Shown: positions 38,239 through 50,156 of the stretch, in pieces
Layout: the number at the start of each line of letters is the position of its first letter
How positions within the stretch are numbered: the first letter of the stretch is position 1
DNA from: Calcarisporiella thermophila CBS 279.70
Lineage: Eukaryota > Fungi > Calcarisporiellomycota
Length of the DNA stretch: 64,000 nucleotides
Direction: 5' to 3'
NCBI RefSeq assembly: GCF_041956535.1
Contig: NW_027192205.1
Coordinates: 124,001 to 188,000, forward strand
The notes under the pieces: generated by a model
Databases searched by the model: none
What the model saw: only the letters and a program-made list of their open reading frames with translations
Told to the model about the DNA's origin: nothing
Made by a program: the position numbers and the translations under genes

Positions 38239-38684
38239 AAATAAAATAGCGAAGTGACATATAGTACAAATTATTTTCGAAATCCATAGCACAAATAAAT
38301 AGGCACCGTGGAGATATATTGCTTGTGATTACGAAACAAACTTTAGATGAACCTTGAGACGATCATAACGCTACGACGCTTGCAGCGCACAAAGGCAAAC
38401 AAGTTATCGATTAACTCAGATCGAACGCCTGGTGACATCTATACATATAAGAGAATGCTAGTGGCTCAGGTGTTTTTCCATTCTTCGTTCTGCAATACGC
38501 TCACAGAAATGGTCCATTCACGAAGTGATTATTTTTTCATTTTTTTCTATTGTATTTTAGTGCGATTATGGAGTGAAAAAAGAAAAAAATGTATATAGAA
38601 TAAAATATCTCTCTCCTAAAGAAATGGTGTATAATACAAAAAAATAAAAGACTGTGCACCACAAACGAAAAAAACCTGTCCACC

Positions 38685-41580
38685 TTAAAGATGCACTCCT
38701 CCCAGATCAATAGGGTTCGCAATATTAGGCGTCTCATGGTCGTGGCGGCACTCCTCCACCATGCTAAGCTTGTAGAGAGTCGCAAGCACCAATCCATGGA
38801 GCAACAGCGAATAGAGAATGAAAAAGTTGCGAGACCAGCGGTTTGAGAGTACCATTCGGGTAAGCGAGAGAATGGCTTTTTCTGCGGGATTGAGTGCATT
38901 GTATCGGCGAGTCTCCTCCTGAGAAAAGATAAGAGTGAGAAAAGAAGCAGCAGCAATGCACGAAGGATTTACTTACACGGCGATGGAAGAGTTCAAAGGG
39001 ATTCATACTCTCCTCATACAAGTTGCGATACTTGTCGGTGACTAAGTCACCATCGCGTCTGCGATTCATTGATGAAGAGGCGGACGAAGTAGCTGTATTC
39101 ATTCTTCCTGGCTCACTTTCAATATTCACATAGGTGGATCGATTCTATATTTTCCCCGCCCCCCGCACACGAAATAGATATGTCCCTAGGGGATTAGCTG
39201 TTTTCAGAGGAAACAAAAAAAAACCAGCTTACCGCTGACTCCTCTCTGTACAGTTGCACATACTTCAATCGCTCGTACAATTTAACATTGTCCGCTTTGA
39301 GCGAAGAGATTTCATTCCTTAAATCCGAAATAATTTCACTCTGTTTTCGTAACTCCTCTTCCAGCTCAGCGTTCCGTTGTCTAAAGCGATCACGCTGACT
39401 GGTAATGATGGGCAAAATACTAGCGTCAGCGCGCGGCACATCCGAGCTAGCTCGCGGGGTATTAGGCAATAATGGAGGCATCTGGGACTGGAAGTTCGCA
39501 TCCTGTAGAATATAAAAAGTTCAATAAAACTAATTCTTAATATTTAGTAGAATAGTGGGTTGTACCATATTCGCTACACCCAACTGATCCAACCCGGTAA
39601 CAATCCCGCCGGGGGCACCGGTGTTGCTATTCTGATTGATTCGGAGGAGATCCTCCTCCAGCTTTTGAATCAAGCCCTGTTGCTCCTTAATCTGTGCTTT
39701 CGCGGTTTCCAGCTCATCGGATGATGTGCTCAAAGTTTTTTGGGTGTCGGCATATATATTCTATGGTGGAAGAGTGAGTGAGCAAGTGGAAAAGGATGGG
39801 ACGTGCTATGTTAGTCATTAAATTGTGAGTGGTGAAAAATACCCTTAGAGATGTTAGCTCATTCTCCAGCTTTTTATTTTTTTCGATCAGCAATTTCTCG
39901 AGGGTCTGCTTTCCGTTTGTCTCAGCGTGAGCATTGTCAGGGTTGTCGGCAAGCACACCTTCGGCATCAAAAGGCGTATCTTCTTCATCTCCCGTAGAAA
40001 ATTCGACATACTGATAGTAAAAAAAAGTTATTTTAGATATTGAACGAAAATAAGAACTCTGGATTTGGCTGTTTTCTACCCTCATGATCGCAAGCTCCCG
40101 TTTGATCTCATTGTAGTCATCAAATTGTTTCAGCTTTTCCTTGAGCGCCTCTGACTCTTCCGTTTTGCTAGTCAAGTCTCTCTGCAGTTGCGAAACTCGT
40201 CCGGAAAGCCGACTCTCCGTAGTGGTGACTAAAGTCTTGTAATGTTCCACGTCTCGCATCAACTTTGCAATCTCCGCGTCCTGCTCGGCGCGCTGATGTT
40301 CATAATTCAACTGCTCTTCCGACTCAACTCCCTTACGTAGTTGGTTTAAATCTGCAGTCAAAATTTCATTACGGCGTTCAAGCTCCACGATTTTCCCATT
40401 CGCGCGCTCAAGATCCATTAGCACAATGTCTAGTTCTGCAAGTTTAGCGATAACCTCCTCTTCGTATTTTTGGCTGTGGTCAATAAGCTTCGCTTGCGTA
40501 TCATCATGGGTATGTTGAAGACGGGAAAGCTCGTCCCGAGCAAGGTTCAGCTGGCGTTGAAGTTCATGCTCGCTATTATATCCCATTCAGTGAATCATCG
40601 CGTCAGTATGCTAATACTGCAATGATGAAGCTCATTTATTACCGTTCTTTGTAATTTCGAATCTTTTCGTCCATGGCGTTCTTCATTTCTGTCTCTTTTT
40701 GTGAAATTCGCTCCGTAATAAGATCCTCCATCTAATACCACAAAGCCATTACAGAGAGCAATCTAGAGGACTAGACCTTGATTCAGCTTACCCTTGATTC
40801 ATACTGCTTCAACTGTTGTTGGAATTTGTTGGCTCGGCTTTCTTGAGAACGCAGGGCAGAAACTTGCCGATTAGCTTCAGCAAGCTCGGCCCGCAGTCGC
40901 TCATTATCTGCCTCTAGTGTTGTAGTTTCGGCAACTTTGTCGACTTGATCCTATTCAGAATGGAAATAGAGGTCAGTTAGAATTAAAAGTGCCATCGACT
41001 TGATGCATGAAAGAAAATCGTCTTGAGATGCTTACAAGGGCAACTTCTAGTAAAGGGGCAGGGTCAGGCGCCTCGGCCAGTTTTTTATACACATTCAAAA
41101 ATGAGTTCTCTGCGAATTTCATTTTCTTGGTGATGTTATCGATTTCTCCCTGGTAAGCTGCCGAGAAGATGTGTTCAATATCTTCATGCGAGATTCTTTG
41201 TTTACGATTGAGGCTAACGATGCTTACCTTTCAGGAGAACCTTGAATTCGGTGAGCTTCTCTTCATCAGGGACTTTTTTGAATTCTAGATTAAGCACTCA
41301 TGAGTGAGAAAAAGCCTTGGCAGATGGCAGTGCCGCCTAAAATATAAGTCTCAACTTGCCTCGTGTTTTTTCTGCAAGCTTTTTTCGCGATGAGATGCTA
41401 TCCTTTTGATTCTCCACGATCTCAAGGCCCTGTTTGTCGAGCTCGCGCTGAAAAGATGAAAAATTCACACCTGCAAATAAAAAGGTCAAGATCAGCATAC
41501 GTGCAGTGCCGCGACATCCTTAACATGGGCTCACCCTTCCAATGCTGTAGAGCTGTGGTGAAGCCTTCGGCGATGGCCAT
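38685..41580 (-). CDS. COY1: CASP/Coy1 golgin, multi-exon
   Basis: SRKKLAEKTR-EFKK, AYQGEID, LAEAPDPAPLL, DYNEIKREL, SILPIITSQRDRFRQRNAELEEE, ADNVKLYERLKY, YEESMNPF, C-terminal TM with His. Confidence 0.93.
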
Positions 41581-41825
41581 TATTATTATTTAATTGGAGA
41601 GGGAAGACGAAAATGAGATTCTCGCAACTATTGAAAGGAAGGGGAAGCGCGACTTCTAATCCATTTTGAGGCTCCGCAACCCAAGAGAATCGTCACAACT
41701 CTATCTCTATTTCTCCAAGATAGTAAGGAATGATCGCAATTGAGCCTTAGCGCACCACCTCTGATTTCATCTTAGACTTTACGCTACGGTGCATCATTTC
41801 ATAAAGGAAGAAACTCGCGGTAGAC

Positions 41826-43136
41826 ATGATCTCTAGTGTTTGGAATAAACTCTCCTCCAAACCCCCTGAATATCAATCGCAATCCACGTTACAAGAGCAG
41901 TATGATCACAACATGTCCATTCCAGCTTGCCCTACTTTAACCCTTTTTGTTTTTGTCTTTTATTTCTACCAGAAAACGCAAGCAGATCGCATCACTCTAT
42001 TCCTATAATTCAGGCGTCAAGGAGCTGACCGCTCAGACTCAATACGAAATTCCATGCCCACTCCCCAAGCTTAACATATACCTCATCCTAAATCTCCCCG
42101 CCCAATTCCCCGAACAACCCCCTATCATCACCGTTTCGCCGAGTGTTACCCATCCATGGGTGGACCATACCGGCGCCGTAATTGGTCATGAGAAATTGCG
42201 TAACTGGAGTGGTCATGGAGTATTGATAGGACGAGTTGTCAAGGAAATTATTCAAGAATTTGGAGCACGACCACCGGTGAAGGGCTATTCGGCCGCAGTG
42301 AAGGAGGCACAGGCACAATTTCAGGAAGGTAGTGAAGGAAGAAACGGGCAGCCAATATCAGAAGAAAACAATAGCGCGCAAGCAGCTGATATTGGGGGAA
42401 CCATTAACAATGCCTCACATAACTTTTATTTATCATTAATACAGTCGAAGAGGTACGTACGATTATCTTCCTAGCCGCTTGACCCGACTCTCTTACAGGA
42501 TGCCTATTTTTTCTGACTTTTAACTAGCCCAGAGGAGCTTAGAGTATTACTGGAGAATGAGGCGGCATTCGATGAATTTTTCCAGGAATTAGAGCCAGTA
42601 AAGAATGCACTTGTTTTCCAGCAAGAAATGACTAATGGGAACGAGTCGTTAGCAAGTAAGTCCTGGTCTGGCTCCCGAGTAAACGGATCGATCCGTGCTC
42701 ACCTCCATTCTGTTTGCGTTGATAGAGAAAAATCTCTCGCGGAAGCCTGAGCTTGAAGAGCTGCAAAGGAAACTAGACGAAAAGCACCAGACATACATGG
42801 ATTTACGAAACCAATTCAACGAACATATTAGGATGCAGGCTGATGCGCTTCAGGTGAACATTTTATTTTTACACTCCTGCATAAGAAAGTAGAAGCTCAC
42901 TTTATTTTTCTTTTGAGTAGCGCTTTTCTTCTGACACTCTAATCACACGACTAAAAGCTGCAGCCCTTGAATCCGATGAGCTTTCCGAGTCAGTCGCAAA
43001 AAGTTTTCTAGATGGAAATTTAGAACACGACGTTTTTATACGAGAATTTCGGGAGCTACGTAAAGTATATCACTTGCGTGCACTCCGTGCAGAACGCGTA
43101 CAACGTGACCCTGGAATATTGCATTCAATGGGATGA
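41826..43136 (+). CDS. VPS37: ESCRT-I subunit Vps37 with N-terminal UEV-like domain (VPS37A architecture), multi-exon
   Basis: N-terminal LPAQFPEQPP...VTHPWVD; C-terminal Mod(r)-type ESDELSESVAKSFLDG...FIREFRELRKVYHLR. Confidence 0.85.
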
Positions 43137-43838
43137 AATCCTTGTTATTGTGTTATTGCGTGTATTTACCGTTATATTATTGAAACTTTTGGGACGCCAA
43201 TGCCGGTTCTTTCCATGTTCGAAATACCATAACCTTTCTTTGAGTTTTTTTTCATCTTTTTTTTTTGCCGTTGACGACAATTCGCAGAATAAAATAATCT
43301 ACGTTCATACACAACCTGAATAGAGGATACCTAGGATCTTTTGTATGCTCATATCATTCGCTGTCTAAGAGTTCGAAGTTCTGGTGCAACTTAGTTAATA
43401 CTAGTTTAACAAGGATGACCATTCTGTTTTCCGATAGTGAAATGGCAAAATTCGAGGTGAAATTGACGTTGAATAAAGACTGAATTGTGACAAGAAACCT
43501 TGTTTCACAAGCTTCTCTTATTGAAATGATGACCTAGCCTTTAATGAAGTTCTAATTACAGTCTGAAGCATCGTTACAGAGCCGATTAAATAGAAGTTGC
43601 AAAAATCAAAGAAAACTTAGAGTCTAAAACAAAGGTATGCCTTTTTACACGAAATAGTATAACCAAAATTCATAAATAGGGTAAATAACCTTAGATAGAG
43701 TTGAATCACCAAATAAATAGAGAACTTCTAGTGGTTTTTTTTTTCGTTAAAGAGGGGTATTCTCATATATCCTCTGATTAGTATATATGCCCACTTCCTC
43801 TATATGAGACGGATGGATACAGGAACGAGGATTCACGC

Positions 43839-44901
43839 TCACTGTTTCTCATCCTCGCCCCTCCTCCGAAATAAATTGTGCAGTCCGATGGTCCGAACAA
43901 CGGCAGGGTTGAGTAAAAACACCACGAAATTCAACAAGCCTTGCATCCCATTCAGTACCGCTTCGGCTTCAAACATTCGGTAGCCGAGAGGAGAAAAAGC
44001 CATGCCCGTGAAGAAAAGCCAATTGACAACGATGGTCACCGGCTGGCAGATCACCAGCACGACGGGGTAAAGGAGTATACGCAGGACAGACTGGATCAGG
44101 GGTCGATCGTGTACGATGGGACTCCTCACTGAATTCGGGGAGCAGCTCTGTTGAATGATCTTGAGGTCGGATCGGACTCGGACTAGGACCGAGATAATGA
44201 CCACAAAAGAGTAGAGTATGGTGATTCCCAGCCAGAGATCCTGACAAAAGATCTCGAGCATGGAGCCAGTGGGCAAGTCCCAGTTGTAAAGAACCGCGTG
44301 CTATTGAGTTAGAAGAGAATTAGGGCGAAGAAAACATAAAAAGACTTTACAGCAGTTGCCCTCTTGAATTCACCTTCTCTAAATCCCAGTGTAAATTACC
44401 CACAATCAATATTGGGATGGTGATTATCACAGAGCTAATGGTGGAGAGAGGAAAGTACCATACTTGAAATTTAGTAACGTCCGTTCTCCGGTATATGAAT
44501 GTGAGGTGAAGGTCAAAGGCTATGGCGGTGGTAAGAAAAGCAAACCTAAAACAAGACCCTTCCCACAGCGTCAATTTCAAATCTAGGAGCTTGCAGTCAG
44601 GAAGAAAGGTTAGTACTGTCACGTACCAGAGCGGAAATACATAGATAGTCCATAAGATAATGCGTGCCGCCCACACATTAGTTGGAAGGAACGGGTCTAA
44701 TAAATCGTAGGATTTACGGAGGAGGTAGGAGCCTCGATATAGGACATCCACCAGTCCTATCCAGAAACTGAGCCGGAAGGAGATGGTGTTGGCGACTTCG
44801 GGACGAGTGAATCGCAGCCAAACCACCATGGCCATCATGACCCCTGCCCCAACCAATGACAGAATGTTGAGAATGAGAATTGCAGTAGGGACATTGACCA
44901 T
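43839..44901 (-). CDS. Stand-alone cAMP-receptor-like 7TM GPCR, about 302 aa (exons 44901-44627, 44545-44374, 44300-43839)
   Basis: Clear paralog of the N half of 21901-24770: NTISFRLSFWIGLVD, FPLW-FAFLTTAIAFDLHL, LYPVVLVICQP, QGLLNFVVFLLNPAV. Confidence 0.85.
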
Positions 44902-46372
44902 TATAGTGTCATACTTGCACGGGGGGAGACGAATGAAGACAGTGTAGTTTATATTCCCGGAGTAAGCCCAAACCTCTGGAACAAAATTTTCATTTGGTAA
45001 TCGCGATTCTGCACAGAGAGTATCTAACCGAAGTTTCAGTCCTTTTCCCAGTTTGACCGAGATAGATGCTAAGATTTCTTTCACACAACCGTCGAGTAGG
45101 GTTAAATTGAACCCTATTCAAATTGGGCAACAATATTCCACAAAAGCAAATAAGATCACCAGGCGCTTTCCGAGTGGGAAGACAGGAGGGTGAAAGGGGA
45201 AGAAGATAAGTCAAACAAGGAAAAGCCATAAGTAATATCATAGCTTTAGAAATTCCCATGATGATTTGAGCCAAAGCATATGTCCAACTAGCTCACGCTC
45301 TACGCACCCTTTGGGCAAGCAAGTATCGGTCAAATGATGCAATTGCCTTCTGGGTGAGCGCCCTGAGTTTCCTGTCGGCCATGATAGGTACAGAGCGGGC
45401 CGGAACGTTTCTCCTAGTGGATTAGCCGAAACGCTGTCAACGCGTATTGATTAAACTAAGGCACGAGCCGAAGTCGTCTTACAAAATACGGATTGAGTCT
45501 ATGGTCTAGCCCATAGTCCCATTGCTGAAAAAGCGCCATACGGCCACAGTTTGAGATGGCCTTTCGGCACAGAGATCGAAGATTTTGGCCCAAGCTGCTC
45601 CTTAGTATTACAAATTGCCTCTTGAAACCTATCGCTCCGATTAACAAATAGTCGACCTTCTGGCACAGACCCAATCTCCACACAGGTGGGGATATAAATT
45701 AAGAGATATCAGAGGGGATATTGGAGAGTGGTGGAGAAGAGCCAGTTAGGGCACAATAATTTGCCTTCTTAAGTTTCAGTTAAATCTAGGTTGAAAAGCC
45801 GAATGCTAAGTGCGAGACGGTGAGGATTATATATGGGGGATAATCGTTGGCATTTTTCTAGAACTCAGTGGAGGGAATTGGGGGATTATCGGGCGATTGA
45901 ACTCTACATAAGCTGAAATAACAAAGAAACATATTGAGAGAGGTGCTCATTTTCAATTGGCCTTACCAATACACCCTTGATTTATCGCTTTGATCTCACT
46001 CGGCCAGGGTAGACCGAGTAAAAGGAAGGGAAAGTGTGTCCATTGGCCGGCTAAATGGATCAGCTTCATACATTTTTGTTGAGTGTGTGGCGATAAGATA
46101 TGGAGTATAAAGTAGGATCTATTCCCAAAATGATCAGGTGAATCGGAGATAAGTGATCACAGCGCCTATATGCTCGAGACCAAGCAGCTTGCAAGTCTCA
46201 GATTTATGGTTAAAGACGCGAGCGATCAGAAAATTAAACAGTTGAAGGACCATTGCAAATATATATATATATAAATACATGTGAAAGATATCGACACAAA
46301 CCATATCTATATACAGTCAGATAAGGAAAATGGTAACTGTGTACAGACATTTTGAGCACAAGCTGATTTGGA

Positions 46373-47637
46373 TCATGGCTCGACCTTGCTCACAAAACCC
46401 CCACCACTCCACCTTTGAGTCTCGGGCACAAAGAGAGTTTGGGGCAAGCCAGATTTTGCGGTTGGCTCCTGGCCAGTGGCCGAGAGATCGAAGCCTACCA
46501 CCACTCTATTCTTGGGCACGAAGCAGTTGTCCATGACCTCGTGTGACGGCTCTCTTCTTAAGAGAGATATTGCGGAGAAGGCGCGTGCCACTGCGGGGTT
46601 CAGAAGGAATACGCCTAAGTTGAGGATCCCTTGAGCCCCACTCAGAATTGCCTCTGCGTACCAGGCGGAGATTCCTAAGGGAGAGTTGAGCAGCCCCTTG
46701 ATGATCAGCCAGTTCTTCACTATGGTGGGCGGCATGCAGATGGCAAGGACGACGGGATAAAGGAGGACACGCACCACCGAATGGAGCACGTTGTTGTCTT
46801 TTGCCTCGGCCGGCTCGTTTGGATACGACTGACTCTCCGTGAGGATGCGTAGCTCGCTTCTCAGTCGAACCAGAACCCATATGGTGGCGAGGAAGGAGTA
46901 GGCAATGGCGAGGCCCACCCAGATATCCAGACAGAAGAGCTCGATCCATATTTTCTGATCAAGCTCCCAGTCATTGATAAGCCGGTGCTAATACAATGGA
47001 CGGGCGTTAGCGTTAGAAGGAGCGGGGTGGCAATGTGGAAGAGCACCCAAACGCGTTAACTCGCTCGCTCCCCTCGACAACTTACCTCTTCACGATCCCA
47101 CCAGACGTTTCCCACCACGGCGGCTGGAATTGGCAGCACCGCGGCAGCTACAGAGGAGACAGGCAGGTAGAGCCTCTTGAGTCTGGAGCTGTTGCACAGG
47201 CGAAATACGAAGGACAGATGCAGATCAAAGGTCACCGACATGGTGAGGAACGCAAACCTACAGTAAGGAGCAATTTGGAGAAATCCAGGATATGGTTCGT
47301 GAAATTAGTAACGAGACCAATCGCTAAAGTGCCCAGGCTCACAAAGACACGGTGATCGTTACCATAATGGAAACGCGTAGAGAGACCAATATAGCACGCG
47401 GGCAATGTTACCATGTTCACTGACAAATTCGTCCAAGACATCCCACGTCCGCCGCAGAAGGAAGTTTGCACGATAGAAAATGTCCGCGAGCCCTATCCAA
47501 AACGAGAGCTTGAAGGAGAGGGTGTTGGCGATGTTGGGCTGCACATAGCGCAGCCAAAGCACCATACTCATCATGGCTCCTCCACAAACGATGGACGCTA
47601 TGTTCAAGATGAGCACGAGCACAGGCACGAATATCAT
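46373..47637 (-). CDS. Stand-alone cAMP-receptor-like 7TM GPCR, about 353 aa (exons 47637-47363, 47257-47086, 46987-46373)
   Basis: NTLSFKLSFWIGLAD, FDLHLSF, LYPVVLAICMP, QGILNLGVFLLNPAV; same intron positions as the 44 kb paralog; TATA-like TATATA about 210 nt upstream. Confidence 0.85.
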
Positions 47638-50156
47638 GGCTGCAGATGGCTTGCAATGCGGGGCAAGTGAGAGTGTTCCAAGCGTTGTAGGCCGCTAGCG
47701 AGAGCATACTCCAAGAGGAGGTCGAGAGGGTGGAGGAGAGGAGGGAGTAGAAGGTAGGGGCGGGTAGGACAGGTGCTTCACTGGCAAAAAGGAAGGGGAA
47801 AGCCTCTGGGAGTGAGGTGCTGATTTGGGTGGAGGATCTGTCTATATAAACTCGGTGGTTACTGCTCGAAGCTCCCACAAGACTCCCTATTGGTTTCAGG
47901 TGCACAAGCGCTCAACAAGAAGAGTTTCTGTCGAATTCAAACCAAGGGATACAAGGCGTAGAGGATTCGAATGATTGACGAATGCCATGGCTGTGTGTTT
48001 CAGTTTTGTTTAGGGTAACCCAAAACCTAGGTAAATGTTTCTTTAATACAACCTCCACTTTTCCCTTCAGTTGAGCAGTTTTGACCACGTCAATTGCAAG
48101 TAATAAGCTCTCGGACCAGCTCTTTCTCGCAACAGCGCAAGCCGTCATTATCAATCTAAAACACCCCTGTTTTCTCTACCTCGACCATCTTTAAACGTGG
48201 ATCTGGGAGCAAGATACCCACGGGTGAGAGTAGCAACCCCTCTCCCCTCTTCTCCTAAGCCTCCAGCTCCTGCTTATTTTATACGATTAGATGACCATTA
48301 GCTAAACCTAGCATATGAAATGGTCGAGGGGGAGTAGAGCCAGCATCTCAGCGTTGTATTCGGACTATTTTTCTTCTTGGGTGTAACAAAAAAGCATGAA
48401 CCAAGGTTGATTTTCATATGTATTATCCAAGACATTTTGTCTTCATTTAATACTACGTCTGAATGAAATGTATGGTTTGAACTCCACCAGATCTGACTCT
48501 TGAAAATAAAGAGCTCGCTTAGATAAGGCACAGACAGCCTAGGACGACATCGCCAAGAAAGAGGGGGAAGGAATAAAATTAATGCAGTGCTCTCGCCACA
48601 AGGCTGAAGTGCCCAAATCTGCAAGCCTGAAGACTTACTTCCTCAAAAAACAACGGTGAAAAGAAAAATTCTGGACATAATTACCGGCCACCTTGTTTTG
48701 ATTGAGCTGACAAAAAAAAAATTCGAGACATCATCACATTTGGGCCATAAGCGCGACCTTGTCTCTCTTCGAATGAGCGGAGCTCTATTCATATTTGTTT
48801 GGAAAAAATGATACTGTACCACATCCCTGGGATCCCTTTATTGCAAGCTCCTCACCAATTTATGCGTAGAATCCGCAGCTGGTTCCCCTGACCTGGGTCG
48901 CGCTAACGAGAGTGATTAGCTCAGCCCTTGGCTGTTTAGCTGGTTGGACGGGACCGAGAGGAGAGGGAACCAGCCGAGAAAACCTCCTTACCTTTGAAAG
49001 AATCCCAAAGTCATGTCTGATATGAAATGGCTGCGTTAAACGTAGTCGAATAGTAGTACTTCCTGTTGCTTCAGCTCACTATGAGGTTGGGAACCGGTCA
49101 ACGGCATGTTGGACAAGTGTTTCTAGAAAGGAGATCGTGTGATACAGATCCTATTCAAGGAATAAATCGAAATGGTGCTAGTTGGGGAGGAGGATGAGTT
49201 GGAGGGAAGGTTTCACTCTTAGCAGCAAGAATAAGACGGGTGTTCCGAACGCGATACTATTTCAGATATTTTACGCGCAAAATAAGCGATGGGCCCTGAT
49301 TCTGCGTTCTCTTTAGCAAAAACAACGCTCAAAAGCAGCTTGCCGTGAGCTAGACACGAGGCCGAGACACTCCAACAATAGCTTGACCATTGGTTTGGGT
49401 TGGGGCCAGAGCGAGGATTCTTGATTACAGTCATGAAGCACATAAGAGTATGAACGGGCCGGAGGGGTGGGGTGCACGTACAAAAGTGCTCCTGGCGTGT
49501 GAACCTACCCTCGGACCCAGCCTGTGTGTGAAGCTATCAATTTGATTTAATCCGTGTAGCCTAAAATGTAGATGGTGTTTCTCCTCTTTCCAAATAAGGA
49601 GAGTAGTATCTAGTCTGAGAATCATATCTCAGATCCCAACCGACTTTATCTATTGCCGTTGTCGCGGTTCGGCTGAAAATGAGATGGGGTGGCTCCGTTG
49701 GGAAGGAGGGAGAAGAGTAAAGCAAAGGGAGAAAATTATTATATTCTGAATAATGTTTCCAAAATATATGAGAAGTATAACAATAGTATAAGGGGTGAGA
49801 ACGGGAGATAACGGGGGAAACAGATAAGGAAGAGGAGGTAAAAAATAAATTATTGATTGTAATTGCCAACATCAATAAGGAGGAAAAAAAAAAAAGCGAA
49901 ATAAAAAATGCCAAAAAAGATAAAAGGAAAATCAAGAAACTATTAAACAATCTCTTTAAACCCTATTCAGATGAGAATAAAAAGAAATGAAGGGGGGGCC
50001 GAGCGCAGCGAATTAAATGAAGGGGGAGAAATAGAAAAGAAAGGGCTTCCACCTCGAGAGCACACACAATCTAGCTAAATGAAGTGTAGAATATATATAT
50101 ATATATATATATGTTTATATATATTATAGATAATAGATAAGAAAAGCAAAAATGTG

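Noticed and set aside
49561-49950. Hydrophobic 129-aa ORF
   Set aside because: T-rich low-complexity sequence downstream of Kin1 with a non-ATG start; likely 3' UTR.
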